A stretch of 64,000 nt of DNA, taken from IMG/VR virus record IMGVR_UViG_3300036985_006490, positions 32,001 through 96,000 of that record; one strand, written 5' to 3'. The translations under genes and the position numbers were made by a program. This document shows, piece by piece, positions 17,862-27,512 of the stretch. The number at the start of each line of letters is the position of its first letter. Within the stretch, counting starts at the first letter, position 1. Under the pieces are notes generated by a model. The model worked only from the letters and a program-made list of their open reading frames with translations. It was not told where the DNA came from and made no database searches. The stretch is from a virus.

Positions 17862-18671
17862 TTAGAACAATTTTGAGTAAACTTCAAGTTTTTTTGGATA
17901 AGGTGTATTTGTTAAGTACGAATAAAAAATTTCCGCCTGTACTTTGTGACCTGTTCCTCCTAAGTGCATATTATCATCAGCCGTACCATCGGAATCATCC
18001 ACAACAGTTTTTGCTCCATATTCTTTGAATATATTAAATGGAATACAACAAAAATTATAATTATACTTCGTTGAATCATATTTTTCAATCAAGTCGTGTA
18101 TTATATACTTTTCTTGATTTAAGTTGAATTCTAATTTAGAAAAGTTTTTAAATAAAAAATCATCGGTGAACCAATAATATACTTTAAACCCGACTGAACT
18201 TGCTAAAGAATCAATGAGTTGTTGGTATCTTAATACCTCATATGTCCATGAAAAATGTGTTCTATTAACAGCAATTATATCATATGCACTTTTATATATC
18301 TTATGAGGGTCATAGTGTTCTCCATGATAAGGGCTAGTACTTGTTAGATGGTTTTGGTTATCATCCTCAACATCAGACATTACCCAAAGACACCTTTGTA
18401 TGTAAGTCCAATTTATTATAACAATATCATCCTTTTTTAATTTTGAAGACTGCTCACAAAACCTTAAAAGAGTTTCATGATTTGACGAGCCACCTTTAGC
18501 ATAGTTAAAAGATTCTACCCCTAATTTTTCACCAAGTATTTCTGACCATATGGGTGGCATATCCATAGGGTCATCAACTCCCAATGATTTTCTGTATGCT
18601 ACATATGGAGGAAATAATATATCCTTTTTGTATCCTTCCGTATAACTATCTCCGAAACAATATAGTGCCAT
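17862..18671 (-). CDS. SGNH-hydrolase-like protein
   Basis: FGDSYT, GGSSN, DNMH. Confidence 0.6.
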   Translation of the reverse strand: MALYCFGDSYTEGYKKDILFPPYVAYRKSLGVDDPMDMPPIWSEILGEKLGVESFNYAKGGSSNHETLLRFCEQSSKLKKDDIVIINWTYIQRCLWVMSDVEDDNQNHLTSTSPYHGEHYDPHKIYKSAYDIIAVNRTHFSWTYEVLRYQQLIDSLASSVGFKVYYWFTDDFLFKNFSKLEFNLNQEKYIIHDLIEKYDSTKYNYNFCCIPFNIFKEYGAKTVVDDSDGTADDNMHLGGTGHKVQAEIFYSYLTNTPYPKKLEVYSKLF

Positions 18672-18698
18672 AAAATATTTTCTTAATAACTTAACTTA

Positions 18699-19043
18699 TC
18701 AAAATAACTTTGACAAAAATTTGAGTTTGATGTTGTCCATCTTTGTAGCACCATCACGGGTCCATAACGCTTTATCAATTAAACTTTCGTATTTCTTGTA
18801 AAGGTAATTTCTTAAAAATAAAAAATCCCAATGGTCAACAACAAACCTCTTTACATTAGTCTTATTTGGTAACCTGAAAGAAAAAGATAATAATGACCTC
18901 TTTTTAAGTTTATTGAGGATTGTGAAAACTCTGAAGTTAAATGACGAAGAGTCTCCATAATACCCAACAGTAAATAAATTAACTTTAAACCTAACTCTAT
19001 GTAGTTTCCACGAAACTTTCTCTAAAAACGCATTTATATTCAT
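18699..19043 (-). CDS. hypothetical protein
   Basis: ORF only. Confidence 0.6.
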   Translation of the reverse strand: MNINAFLEKVSWKLHRVRFKVNLFTVGYYGDSSSFNFRVFTILNKLKKRSLLSFSFRLPNKTNVKRFVVDHWDFLFLRNYLYKKYESLIDKALWTRDGATKMDNIKLKFLSKLF

Positions 19044-19124
19044 AATAAAAAAATAAGAAAAATTATCTCATTATAAAGAAATTGAAATCATTTTTTCAAT
19101 CTTTTTTTTGTTATATTTTTTAAT

Positions 19125-19388
19125 ATGACAACCATCGAAAAACATATTGTGAAATACATTGATGATAAATTCGGTTTCCCTTACCTTCATTATAGCCGAG
19201 AAGAACAGACATGGGTAAATGAGTTTTTCTTATTTGATATCAAAACAAAGACAATGTATATTTCAGATTTGGTTAAGTTTGATTTGAATAAAAAATTTGG
19301 TAAAGGATATATTGATAATATACTTTTGACCGTAATTAATTATTGGTTTAAAAAAACATATAAACTTGAAGTAAACGAAGTTGAATAG
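19125..19388 (+). CDS. small phage protein related to the 'WF' family
   Basis: KYIDDKF...MYIS...INYWFKKTY. Confidence 0.6.
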   Translation: MTTIEKHIVKYIDDKFGFPYLHYSREEQTWVNEFFLFDIKTKTMYISDLVKFDLNKKFGKGYIDNILLTVINYWFKKTYKLEVNEVE

Positions 19389-19434
19389 ATTTTACAAACT
19401 AACTAATTTTTCGTATTTTTGAAAAAAACAATTT

Positions 19435-20148
19435 ATGTCATATTTGAACACACCCTTACCAATAGTCGAAGCATACATCCGAGGAAATTTTTTGAGAAAT
19501 CAAGAAGATTCCTTCGATAAAAAATTTCCCTGTTATATTTTTGGAATGTCATCAATACCTGCACAAGCTCCACTTTTTCATTTTATGATGGAAGATGGTG
19601 GAATATGGTGGAGAATGCCAATACACGCATTTTGTTGGAAAGAGGATGCTCCTCAACAAGAATTAGATGAACTTGTCTTATGGGACTCTTTTACTTATCA
19701 CGTAGGTGTCACAGCATTTCCAATCCTTAAAAACAAAACCTGTAAATTTACCTCAAGAAGAAGGGTTCAATATTCAGGTCGTTATTTATTTACATTAGAT
19801 TGGGGGAGTTCAACTGATATGTCAGATACTGATTTTGGATTGAGTGAATTCCCATCCCAACACAAATGTGGGCATTTTATACAAATGGATAATGGTAACT
19901 TCGCAATACAACCTAATAATCGTTTGATAATGCATGACCCATCTTTCACAGTGAAACAAGATATTGTTATACACAGAAAATATAACACAACTCTTTGGAC
20001 TGCAGAAAGAAATGGAAGGTGGGTAACCCCTGATACAGATGTATTCAATTACGACCATACAGACTTAGAATCGGGTGAGTCCAACAAAGATAGGTCTGAA
20101 GAATACGACAGGTTAGACTTAAAATATACCAATGAAAATAATCTTTGA
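19435..20148 (+). CDS. conserved phage protein of unknown function
   Basis: YLFTLDW, HKCGH, GNFAIQPNNR motifs; TATTTTTG upstream. Confidence 0.75.
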   Translation: MSYLNTPLPIVEAYIRGNFLRNQEDSFDKKFPCYIFGMSSIPAQAPLFHFMMEDGGIWWRMPIHAFCWKEDAPQQELDELVLWDSFTYHVGVTAFPILKNKTCKFTSRRRVQYSGRYLFTLDWGSSTDMSDTDFGLSEFPSQHKCGHFIQMDNGNFAIQPNNRLIMHDPSFTVKQDIVIHRKYNTTLWTAERNGRWVTPDTDVFNYDHTDLESGESNKDRSEEYDRLDLKYTNENNL

Positions 20149-20752
20149 TCATTTACACGGACATGTAAAAAATGATAGAGTTTTTTGTGAAGCGTTTGCA
20201 TTACCTGAAGGAGAAACAGAGGATGAACTTTTGGAATTAGGGTTTCTTCCGAACATTCAACCTCCAGTTTATTGGTACCAAGCAAAGAGTTGTAGAATCA
20301 ATAATGATAAAATCAAATTATCCTACAAACGAAGAAAATTATTATCGGAACTCGAAGTTAGAGTATTCCCTTATGAAAAAAATAGTGAGGAGGTAAACTT
20401 ATTTTTTCAGAGGTATTTCCAAAGAAAAAAATTCAATTTATTAGATTATTATGATAATAATTCAAATTTTGGGGATTTGAAAATTATTGAACTTAGACAC
20501 AACGGTGAAATAGTTGCCTTAACACGTTTCAGGGAGTTCAAAAAAGTTCTTTTAGGATTAGAAACTGCTTTCCTCGAAAATATACCTAAATTTTCTTTGG
20601 GTAAAGATGCTATCTTAGTATTAAGTAATTACGGAAAAATCCAAAGTAAAAATTTATTATACATTTATGAATCTTATGAAAATTATTTCCCATATAAATT
20701 AGAAATCACAGGTTGCGAATATTGGGAAGGTGAAAAATGGATTACACCATAG
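20132..20752 (+). CDS. aminoacyl-tRNA--protein transferase-like (Bpt/ATE1 family)
   Basis: LLELGF..WYQ..SCRI; FSLGK..IL; YIYESY..YKL pattern of the ATE C-domain. Confidence 0.5.
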   Translation: MKIIFDHLHGHVKNDRVFCEAFALPEGETEDELLELGFLPNIQPPVYWYQAKSCRINNDKIKLSYKRRKLLSELEVRVFPYEKNSEEVNLFFQRYFQRKKFNLLDYYDNNSNFGDLKIIELRHNGEIVALTRFREFKKVLLGLETAFLENIPKFSLGKDAILVLSNYGKIQSKNLLYIYESYENYFPYKLEITGCEYWEGEKWITP

Positions 20753-20764
20753 TATTTATCGTAT

Positions 20765-21472
20765 ATGGAAGGAAATCACAAAAAATTAGTAGATACAATT
20801 TTATCCCTAAAAAAATTCAATAAAGTATTATTTTTGACTTGCTCCAATAGATACAAAAATATTCTAAAAACCCAATCTCCTAAGTCTACCATTTTAGCAG
20901 AAGTAATGTTAAAAAAATTGGATAATGTGACAATTATTAACGTTCCTGATTTAGTAATTCATCCCTGTGAAGGAAACGTATCAAGAGAAGATGGAAATAA
21001 ATGTGGAATAAAACAAGCATTACTTAAAGACAAAGAAAAAAATCCTTCAGGTTATCACAGATGTTGGGCTTCTCTACATAACCCTGACGATGAATTATGG
21101 AAAATTTCTAAAGAATTATTCGAGTCAGATTGTGTTATATTTTTTTCCTCCGTAAGATGGGGATCGGCCAATATGTTTTATCAAAAATTAATTGAACGGT
21201 TGAATTGGATTAACAATAGATACATTCCTTATGGAGAGTCTAACATTATAAAAGACGTTACTTCAGGTTTCATCTGTGTTGGTCAACATAAGTATGCCGA
21301 GGAAATTTGTGAACGTCAATACGATAATCACGAGTATTATGGATTTAAACCTGATAAAAATCTATATTGGTATTGGAATGCTGAGGATATTGATTATGAT
21401 GATGAAACACTTGAAGGATATTTAGAAAGTTATCCTGAGTTTTACGAAGAATTTAAAATAGTAAAAAGTTAA
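20765..21472 (+). CDS. flavodoxin-fold NADPH-dependent FMN reductase / iron-sulfur flavoprotein-like
   Basis: CSNR..KSTILAE, IHPCEG..C..C, DDEL..I..ELFESDCVIFFSSVRWG..QKLIERL. Confidence 0.75.
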   Translation: MEGNHKKLVDTILSLKKFNKVLFLTCSNRYKNILKTQSPKSTILAEVMLKKLDNVTIINVPDLVIHPCEGNVSREDGNKCGIKQALLKDKEKNPSGYHRCWASLHNPDDELWKISKELFESDCVIFFSSVRWGSANMFYQKLIERLNWINNRYIPYGESNIIKDVTSGFICVGQHKYAEEICERQYDNHEYYGFKPDKNLYWYWNAEDIDYDDETLEGYLESYPEFYEEFKIVKS

Positions 21473-22266
21473 ATTTCACCAATCAAAACTATTGGAGTAA
21501 TCCCTAAAGCCGCTGCGGTTGAAAGTCTTGTGTTTCCGGCAACTAAATGATATCTGTCACCAAACTTCAATATTAGTGGTCTGTCATATTCACCACTAAT
21601 AAGTTTCTTAGCCAATTTGATTGGATTAGATTTACGATATCTTTTTGCCAACTCCTTAACCTTATCCATTTCACCTTTTTTTATTTGATTGGATTCGGTA
21701 TTTTCCAATTTACCCCAAACTTCGGCAGGAAGTAAGGTCTCTTCAGCATTTCTAAATGCTCTGATTACGTCTATTACGGAAATATCAATACCCTCATCTC
21801 TTGATAAGTCTTGAACAACTCTTTGGAACTCGTCCATTTCCTTGTCAAGTTGGATTTCTTCTTTCTTACCTTCGTAAAGTCTATCTTTGAAATCAGGATT
21901 TTGTTTGTCAAACTTCTTAATAAAAATACCTGAGAGGACATTACTCATGTTCTCCTCAGGTCCCCCAATGTCTTGTATTTTTTCTTTTTCGTCAACACCC
22001 ATTTCCTGAGTCTGATACTCATGAACCCATTCATGCGATAAGGTTCTTAAGATATCAACTAACATTCTACCTTTAGCTAAAATGCTAATCTTACTATCTG
22101 GCATTCTCACACCTGTTGTACCAGTTTGGTTTTGGTCATCCACAAATTTTATTTCTACATCTGAAGACAACGGAAGTTGGCTTTGTAAAAATTTGATAAA
22201 TGAAGAGATAACCTCCACTTGTTCCTTGCTAACTCCTGATTTTGATATTTTGATACAAACTTTCAT
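21469..22266 (-). CDS. HExxH metallopeptidase-like domain fused to ParB-like domain
   Basis: RTLSHEWVHE; RPLIL...HLVAGNTRL. Confidence 0.6.
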   Translation of the reverse strand: MKVCIKISKSGVSKEQVEVISSFIKFLQSQLPLSSDVEIKFVDDQNQTGTTGVRMPDSKISILAKGRMLVDILRTLSHEWVHEYQTQEMGVDEKEKIQDIGGPEENMSNVLSGIFIKKFDKQNPDFKDRLYEGKKEEIQLDKEMDEFQRVVQDLSRDEGIDISVIDVIRAFRNAEETLLPAEVWGKLENTESNQIKKGEMDKVKELAKRYRKSNPIKLAKKLISGEYDRPLILKFGDRYHLVAGNTRLSTAAALGITPIVLIGEI

Positions 22267-22483
22267 CAGGTATAAATATTATGAAATATTGTAATTTTAT
22301 TGAGAAGTGTCTTTTCGTCTTTTACTTTCAATTTTTTTACACTTATTTGTAACAACTTTAATAAATTCTCCCAGTGGATTGTTAGCCAAAAAAAACCTCA
22401 TTCTTGTGTCCGATTCTAATCTTCTTACGTTCATATTTTGTTATTGTTTACTACTTAAATAAATAGTTGTATTTAACCAAATA

Positions 22484-22735
22484 TTATTTGGTGTGATGTG
22501 ATTTGTCAATTGCTTTAATACACTTTTTCATGGCTTCGAACTGACCCCAAGTCAACATAAATCGAAGTGGACCGTTTACGTCCTCGATATGTATATCATA
22601 CCCATCACCATTTGACCATTCAGTGACTTCCAAAAAATCACCTTTACCTTTTCTATCACCTAATGAATGATGACAAAAATCTTCCAAATCAACAAACGTT
22701 GATTTTCTGTTTTCAACTTTTATTTCTTTTTTCAT
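22484..22735 (-). CDS. hypothetical protein
   Basis: ORF; EVTEWSNGDGYDI. Confidence 0.65.
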   Translation of the reverse strand: MKKEIKVENRKSTFVDLEDFCHHSLGDRKGKGDFLEVTEWSNGDGYDIHIEDVNGPLRFMLTWGQFEAMKKCIKAIDKSHHTK

Positions 22736-22746
22736 TTATAGTTTAA

Positions 22747-23370
22747 TTATATTAATGTCTTCCTCACTTTTAATTTACTTGATAAAATATATTTTTTATA
22801 CAACTCATCATCTAAAGTAATACCTATGTATTCAAACATTTCGATTATTTTATTTTTGTTTTTTTGGAGGTAAATGTCTTCATAAAAGAATAAGGGATAT
22901 CCAATTTGTGAATACTCAAATAATTTTTGAGATTCGACTGATAGTTTATTTACTAAATCCTCTATTTCAAGTTTCGTGATATTCGAAAGATTGTAATATT
23001 CTTTTTTGTGCCAACTTTTTAAATTAGATTGTTTATTATGATACAAAAAACTCTCACTTTGTGAAACTTTATCAATTCTATCTAAGAGTATAATTTTGTC
23101 AAAATACCCAAAAAACCAATCCCAATAAGATTTCAAATCACTCTGAAATATTGAAGGAATGTGTACTTCATCAATAAATGTTTTTATAAAAACATTTTTA
23201 TGGTTTGAAAAAAAAATTGTATCTAGTTGTTCAAGTCCCACGTCATGTCTCCAATGATAATTAAATGGTTCCGATTCCATTATGTAATTATCAAAACTAA
23301 GATGGTTGGCAATAAAATCATAAAGAGATTGTGATCCAGTACGCGGACTTCCTAACAATGCTATTCTCAT
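22747..23370 (-). CDS. sulfotransferase-like protein (Stf0-like P-loop fold)
   Basis: GSPRTGS 5'-PSB loop, SEPF, ILLDR..VSQSES, FFYEDI. Confidence 0.6.
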   Translation of the reverse strand: MRIALLGSPRTGSQSLYDFIANHLSFDNYIMESEPFNYHWRHDVGLEQLDTIFFSNHKNVFIKTFIDEVHIPSIFQSDLKSYWDWFFGYFDKIILLDRIDKVSQSESFLYHNKQSNLKSWHKKEYYNLSNITKLEIEDLVNKLSVESQKLFEYSQIGYPLFFYEDIYLQKNKNKIIEMFEYIGITLDDELYKKYILSSKLKVRKTLI

Positions 23371-23386
23371 ACTATTCTGTTTTCAT

Positions 23387-23755
23387 CTACATTTGATTTG
23401 TACCATATGATTTAGGTGAAGGTAATCCACTATACTCACAAAACAATTCTTCTCTTTCTTTCTCCAACTTTTCCTTTACTTCATCAGAAAAATACATACC
23501 ATCCGATTCCATATCAGCAATAGTTCTATCAAGAGTTTTGATTAGTTTAGCCTTATCTTCTTTTGTTTGTTTAGTATCATCAAACATTCGTTCCATCATA
23601 TCATATATCGCGTCTCTACCAAACTTTTTACTATTAGTTGACGACTTATATTCCTCTTTTCCCATCTTAGAGAATTCTCTAAAGCAACCTACAATAAAGA
23701 TTAAAAATCCAATTGCAACAAATGCAGATAAGATTATTACATCAAGATTTTCCAT
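23387..23755 (-). CDS. membrane-anchored hypothetical protein
   Basis: N-terminal TM; CEYSGLPS C-terminus. Confidence 0.65.
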   Translation of the reverse strand: MENLDVIILSAFVAIGFLIFIVGCFREFSKMGKEEYKSSTNSKKFGRDAIYDMMERMFDDTKQTKEDKAKLIKTLDRTIADMESDGMYFSDEVKEKLEKEREELFCEYSGLPSPKSYGTNQM

Positions 23756-23927
23756 TTCTACCCTTAAGATTAAAGATTATCACAAAAAGCAAGATTGTAG
23801 GACACCACAATCCAATAAAGATTGCCTTAAAAGGGTCGTCCAAAACTACGAAATAATATTCCGATACAGCAATCAGACTCAATACAATTACAAGGAGAGC
23901 TAACTCCGATTTTTTAAATTTATTCAT
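23742..23927 (-). CDS. small two-TM membrane protein
   Basis: hydrophobic, AIFIGLWCPT; TACCTTTG upstream. Confidence 0.6.
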   Translation of the reverse strand: MNKFKKSELALLVIVLSLIAVSEYYFVVLDDPFKAIFIGLWCPTILLFVIIFNLKGRNGKS

Positions 23928-23995
23928 ATTCCTTTTTTTTAGTTGATTACAAAGGTAAATGAAATAAATAAGTTAAAAAAGTTTTGATATAAATT

Positions 23996-24391
23996 TTATT
24001 CCCAAGTTCCCTCAGAGGTGATGAGAGGTTTATTATTTCTATCAATCATTATCCATTCCGCTTTAACTAATCCGAATGATTTAAAACATTCCATGACTTG
24101 TTCCAAAGTAAAAGATTTACAGGAATAAATGTCGAATTGTGCCATGGGTAATTCTAAATTATCCCATATATGTATGGATGCATGTGAAGTTGCCAAAGTT
24201 ACAGTACCAGTCAAACCTTCATTACCTGGATCCGATACATATACACTTGTTGGTCCAGCGACAACTTTCATCCCCACCTTTTCAACTAAGTTTATGAACC
24301 AATCATTCAATTCTTCCACCTTTTTAGGTGGATTAGTCGCCCAGCATCTAACTAATAAATGTTGGTGGTAAGGATTAAATTTTCTCATCAA
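23996..24391 (-). CDS. speD: S-adenosylmethionine decarboxylase proenzyme
   Basis: GLTGTVTLATSHASIHIW, FDIYSCK. Confidence 0.85.
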   Translation of the reverse strand: MMRKFNPYHQHLLVRCWATNPPKKVEELNDWFINLVEKVGMKVVAGPTSVYVSDPGNEGLTGTVTLATSHASIHIWDNLELPMAQFDIYSCKSFTLEQVMECFKSFGLVKAEWIMIDRNNKPLITSEGTWE

Positions 24392-24439
24392 TATATCATG
24401 TAATTTTTACATATATATCAGGATTTTGGAAAAAATTAA

Positions 24440-24754
24440 TTATCCACAATTATCAGGGTTAGGACAAGTTTGGCCAGCTCCTTCAATATAACCGTAGCGA
24501 AGATTAATATTTGTACTTTTGAGATATGGAGTTATCTTTCCACACACAACACAAGTATCATAGTCATCAGAACGATTTATAGCGGTCACCAGTCCATCTT
24601 CATTGATTGTGAGACCAACGTGTTCATCATCAAATTGAGGACCTTCTAAGTCCCTCTTTGCTTGCCAATATTTGTTGTTTACTAACTTACCCAACTCAAA
24701 ATAATTTGGGGTTTCTAAAATTTCTTTTTCGGTTACAATGATTTGAAATGACAT
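24440..24754 (-). CDS. hypothetical protein with C-terminal CxxC
   Basis: CVVCGK...RYGYIEGAGQTC. Confidence 0.65.
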   Translation of the reverse strand: MSFQIIVTEKEILETPNYFELGKLVNNKYWQAKRDLEGPQFDDEHVGLTINEDGLVTAINRSDDYDTCVVCGKITPYLKSTNINLRYGYIEGAGQTCPNPDNCG

Positions 24755-24816
24755 AATATGTTTTTTATATTCAAAACATAATCAGATAAAAAGAAAAACT
24801 AAATGTATTTATCAAT

Positions 24817-25182
24817 ATGATTGACACAAAAAAACTATCAGAAAAATTAAAATATTTAATAGAACAAGAATCAAATCAACAATTTGAAATATTTGATTTG
24901 GATGTGGATTTTTATGACGGAAACAGTGGTTATCAATTATTCATTAAGTTTGATTACTTTGGGGTAATCGATTCTCAGATGCCTGGCTTTGCTAGAGATA
25001 TATCTATAATGATAGAAAAAATAGAAAAAATTGTATCCAAAGTTACAATCACACCTGAAAAAAAATTATCTTTGTCTCAGAAAGTTGAGGTCGAATCTTT
25101 TATCGATAAAATTGATTATAAGATTGAAGATAAACATATTTTTACTATTTCTTTCTTAGTTCACTACCTTGATAATAATTAA
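24817..25182 (+). CDS. hypothetical protein
   Basis: TATTTAT at 24806-24812. Confidence 0.65.
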   Translation: MIDTKKLSEKLKYLIEQESNQQFEIFDLDVDFYDGNSGYQLFIKFDYFGVIDSQMPGFARDISIMIEKIEKIVSKVTITPEKKLSLSQKVEVESFIDKIDYKIEDKHIFTISFLVHYLDNN

Positions 25183-25185
25183 TTT

Positions 25186-26016
25186 ATGAACGAGAAATTA
25201 AAAAAAATTGCCCTAAAACTCGAGGACTCAATCAAAAAATTTGATTCGATACAGGACTTGTATTTCAAGTTGAAGAGAATTGCTATATCTCAGTCAGATT
25301 ATTTTTCTTATTTAGGCCCTGCCAACTTAATTAAATTATCCTTATACATTTACTCATACAAAATGACGAAAGGTTTTGATATGGGAGATAAAATGATAAA
25401 CAATTTATCATTTGCTGAATTGATGAACCCACTCGAGATACAATACTTGAAAACTTGCGAAGAATGTGAGGGAGATGGAGAGATGAAATGTCTATATTGT
25501 GGTGGAACCCATGAAATCAATTGTAAAAAGTGTAAAGGTGAGGGAGAAATAGATTGTGAATATTGCAATCCTGAAGTATATTCATATGAGTGTGATGAAT
25601 GTTTTGGTGAAGAGAGGGTCGATTGTGACGAATGTTATGGTAGAGGAGTTGTAAAATGTGAGGAATGTGATGTAAATGGAACAGTAGAATGTGATGAATG
25701 TGAAGGACAAGGGGAAATCGAAACGGATGAAGTTGTAGTACGGTTTGTTTTTATCGCAACTTGGAGCAAGAGAATCAAAGACCAATGTGAACTAAGTGTT
25801 GGAACCAAAACCCCAATTATATCTGAAGATGAATTTTTGTCATTGCAATCTGACTTTATAATATTATCTTCTGGCGAAGGTCATCAAATTTTAGATGTAG
25901 AACCATATCAAATGTATTGTTTAAGTTATTCTGATGAACCAGCAATAACTCTACATCCAAATTCTATGAACATTCTACCTACCAACAAAACGAAAAACTT
26001 AGAATATTGGAAATAA
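25186..26016 (+). CDS. protein with DnaJ-type CxxCxGxG zinc-finger repeats
   Basis: about eight CxxC units, no J domain. Confidence 0.75.
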   Translation: MNEKLKKIALKLEDSIKKFDSIQDLYFKLKRIAISQSDYFSYLGPANLIKLSLYIYSYKMTKGFDMGDKMINNLSFAELMNPLEIQYLKTCEECEGDGEMKCLYCGGTHEINCKKCKGEGEIDCEYCNPEVYSYECDECFGEERVDCDECYGRGVVKCEECDVNGTVECDECEGQGEIETDEVVVRFVFIATWSKRIKDQCELSVGTKTPIISEDEFLSLQSDFIILSSGEGHQILDVEPYQMYCLSYSDEPAITLHPNSMNILPTNKTKNLEYWK

Positions 26017-26079
26017 AAAAGGAGACCGAAGTCTCCTTTAATTGGGCTCACAGGTTTGTGAAGCGTCCACCACCAAGTT

Positions 26080-26379
26080 TCATCTAACTTGGAAATCGTC
26101 CTTTCTGAAAAGTACATTGGCAAAATCCTCCAAGTCTTTTCCACTCACATAACCAACAACATCATCCCCACTTTCAGGAAAAAAGAACTTGGTAATGAAT
26201 CTATGGTCTTGAGAATCAAATACCGCAATCTCGAAAGTTTTTTCGAAATCCCCATAAAGGCCCCGACCACCTCCAACAATAGATAACTCGTATTTACGGT
26301 TGAATATGTTTGTCACCCTACCGTTTTGATCCGAAGGGTGAGGTTTTGACCATTTTTTTATGTCCTTGATTGTAATCAT
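26080..26379 (-). CDS. hypothetical protein
   Basis: GLYGD..TFEIA, DDVVGY. Confidence 0.65.
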   Translation of the reverse strand: MITIKDIKKWSKPHPSDQNGRVTNIFNRKYELSIVGGGRGLYGDFEKTFEIAVFDSQDHRFITKFFFPESGDDVVGYVSGKDLEDFANVLFRKDDFQVR

Positions 26380-26657
26380 TTTGTTACTTCCGCCTCAATT
26401 TTAGATTTGTTAATAAGATGCTCCGCTAATGTATAAGTATCCACATTCGTGGTAATGATGGATTCAACCAAATGTTTGTAAGGGACGTGCACAAAGAAAT
26501 CCACTCCATTGAAGAAAGTCAAATCGTTTTTCAACTCAATACTTCCCTGAACCATTTTAAGGAACAGTTTGAACTGAGTACCATTCACAAAGGTCTCATT
26601 CAAAAGGACTCCAAATTTTTCGTGTTGAATCTTGATGTTGTGGGATGCCATGTTCAT
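26376..26657 (-). CDS. hypothetical protein
   Basis: start moved to 26657; TATATTTG at 26677-26684. Confidence 0.65.
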   Translation of the reverse strand: MNMASHNIKIQHEKFGVLLNETFVNGTQFKLFLKMVQGSIELKNDLTFFNGVDFFVHVPYKHLVESIITTNVDTYTLAEHLINKSKIEAEVTK

Positions 26658-26808
26658 ATCTTCGTCGTTTGTCTTACAAATATAATTAAATTCCGAACAA
26701 TAAAAAAAAAATCCCCTACTTTTTTTTTTAGTAGGGGAAGTGAGAAAAATAAGAAGAGGGTTTACGACCCTCCACATTGATGACCGAACTTATCTATTCG
26801 GTCGGCTG

Positions 26809-26880
26809 TTGCAGGAGAAAGATTCGAACTTTCGACCTTCAGGTTATGAGCCTGACGAGCTTCCACTGCTCTACCCTGCG
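26809..26880 (-). tRNA. tRNA-Met(CAT), initiator-like
   Basis: cloverleaf CGCAGGG/TCCTGCA with C1xA72 mismatch, GAGC/GCTC D-stem, TCAGG-CTCATAA-CCTGA, GTTCGAATC; no encoded CCA. Confidence 0.93.
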
Positions 26881-27071
26881 ATATATTTTACGTTTAAAAA
26901 CTTCTAACAAAAAAGTCCCACAAACTCTTTTTCTCTCGAACTCTCATTTGTAGGACAAATGTTTCACAAACATAGTAAGAATATTTTATTATATCAAACT
27001 AAAATGAAACTTTTTGGGGGTGTTGAATCTCTCGACTCAGTTTTATAAATATAAGCAAGTTTAATGAAAAA

Positions 27072-27485
27072 TCAAACTACCTCGAAATATTTTTTTAATA
27101 TTGTTTGTAAATTGGATTCCAATCCCAATTTTTTTGTTTCTTGGAAGGTGAAGTATCCACATTTGGTATGCTCATGTCCGTCTACAGCTGAATCCAAATC
27201 AGGTAATATTTCATCGCTAAGTTCAGATATAAACACATAAATGAAACCCTTGTCGGACTTATCATCATTGTCGATTACAGGAATTGTTCCAATGAAATCA
27301 ATATCATTCTCCGATAATTCAAAATCAGTTTCTTCATAAAGTTCACGAACAGCAGCCTCGCGTGGAGTTTCCCCTCTTTCAATTTTACCTGTAGGAATGA
27401 ACCATTGGTTAGGATTCGAATCCTCTCCATTTCGTTTACACAGTAAACACTTATCCTTGTATTTTAATATTACACCTGAGTACAT
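27072..27485 (-). CDS. NUDIX hydrolase
   Basis: GKIERGETPREAAVRELYEET Nudix box. Confidence 0.9.
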   Translation of the reverse strand: MYSGVILKYKDKCLLCKRNGEDSNPNQWFIPTGKIERGETPREAAVRELYEETDFELSENDIDFIGTIPVIDNDDKSDKGFIYVFISELSDEILPDLDSAVDGHEHTKCGYFTFQETKKLGLESNLQTILKKYFEVV

Positions 27486-27512
27486 TTCAACTTAAATTGT
27501 ATTTATATAATT

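Noticed and set aside
24440-24448. Isolated perfect DnaA box
   Set aside because: Single copy at a gene end, consistent with chance
26958-26973. TGTTTCACAAACA as parS
   Set aside because: Only half of the TGTTTCACGTGAAACA palindrome
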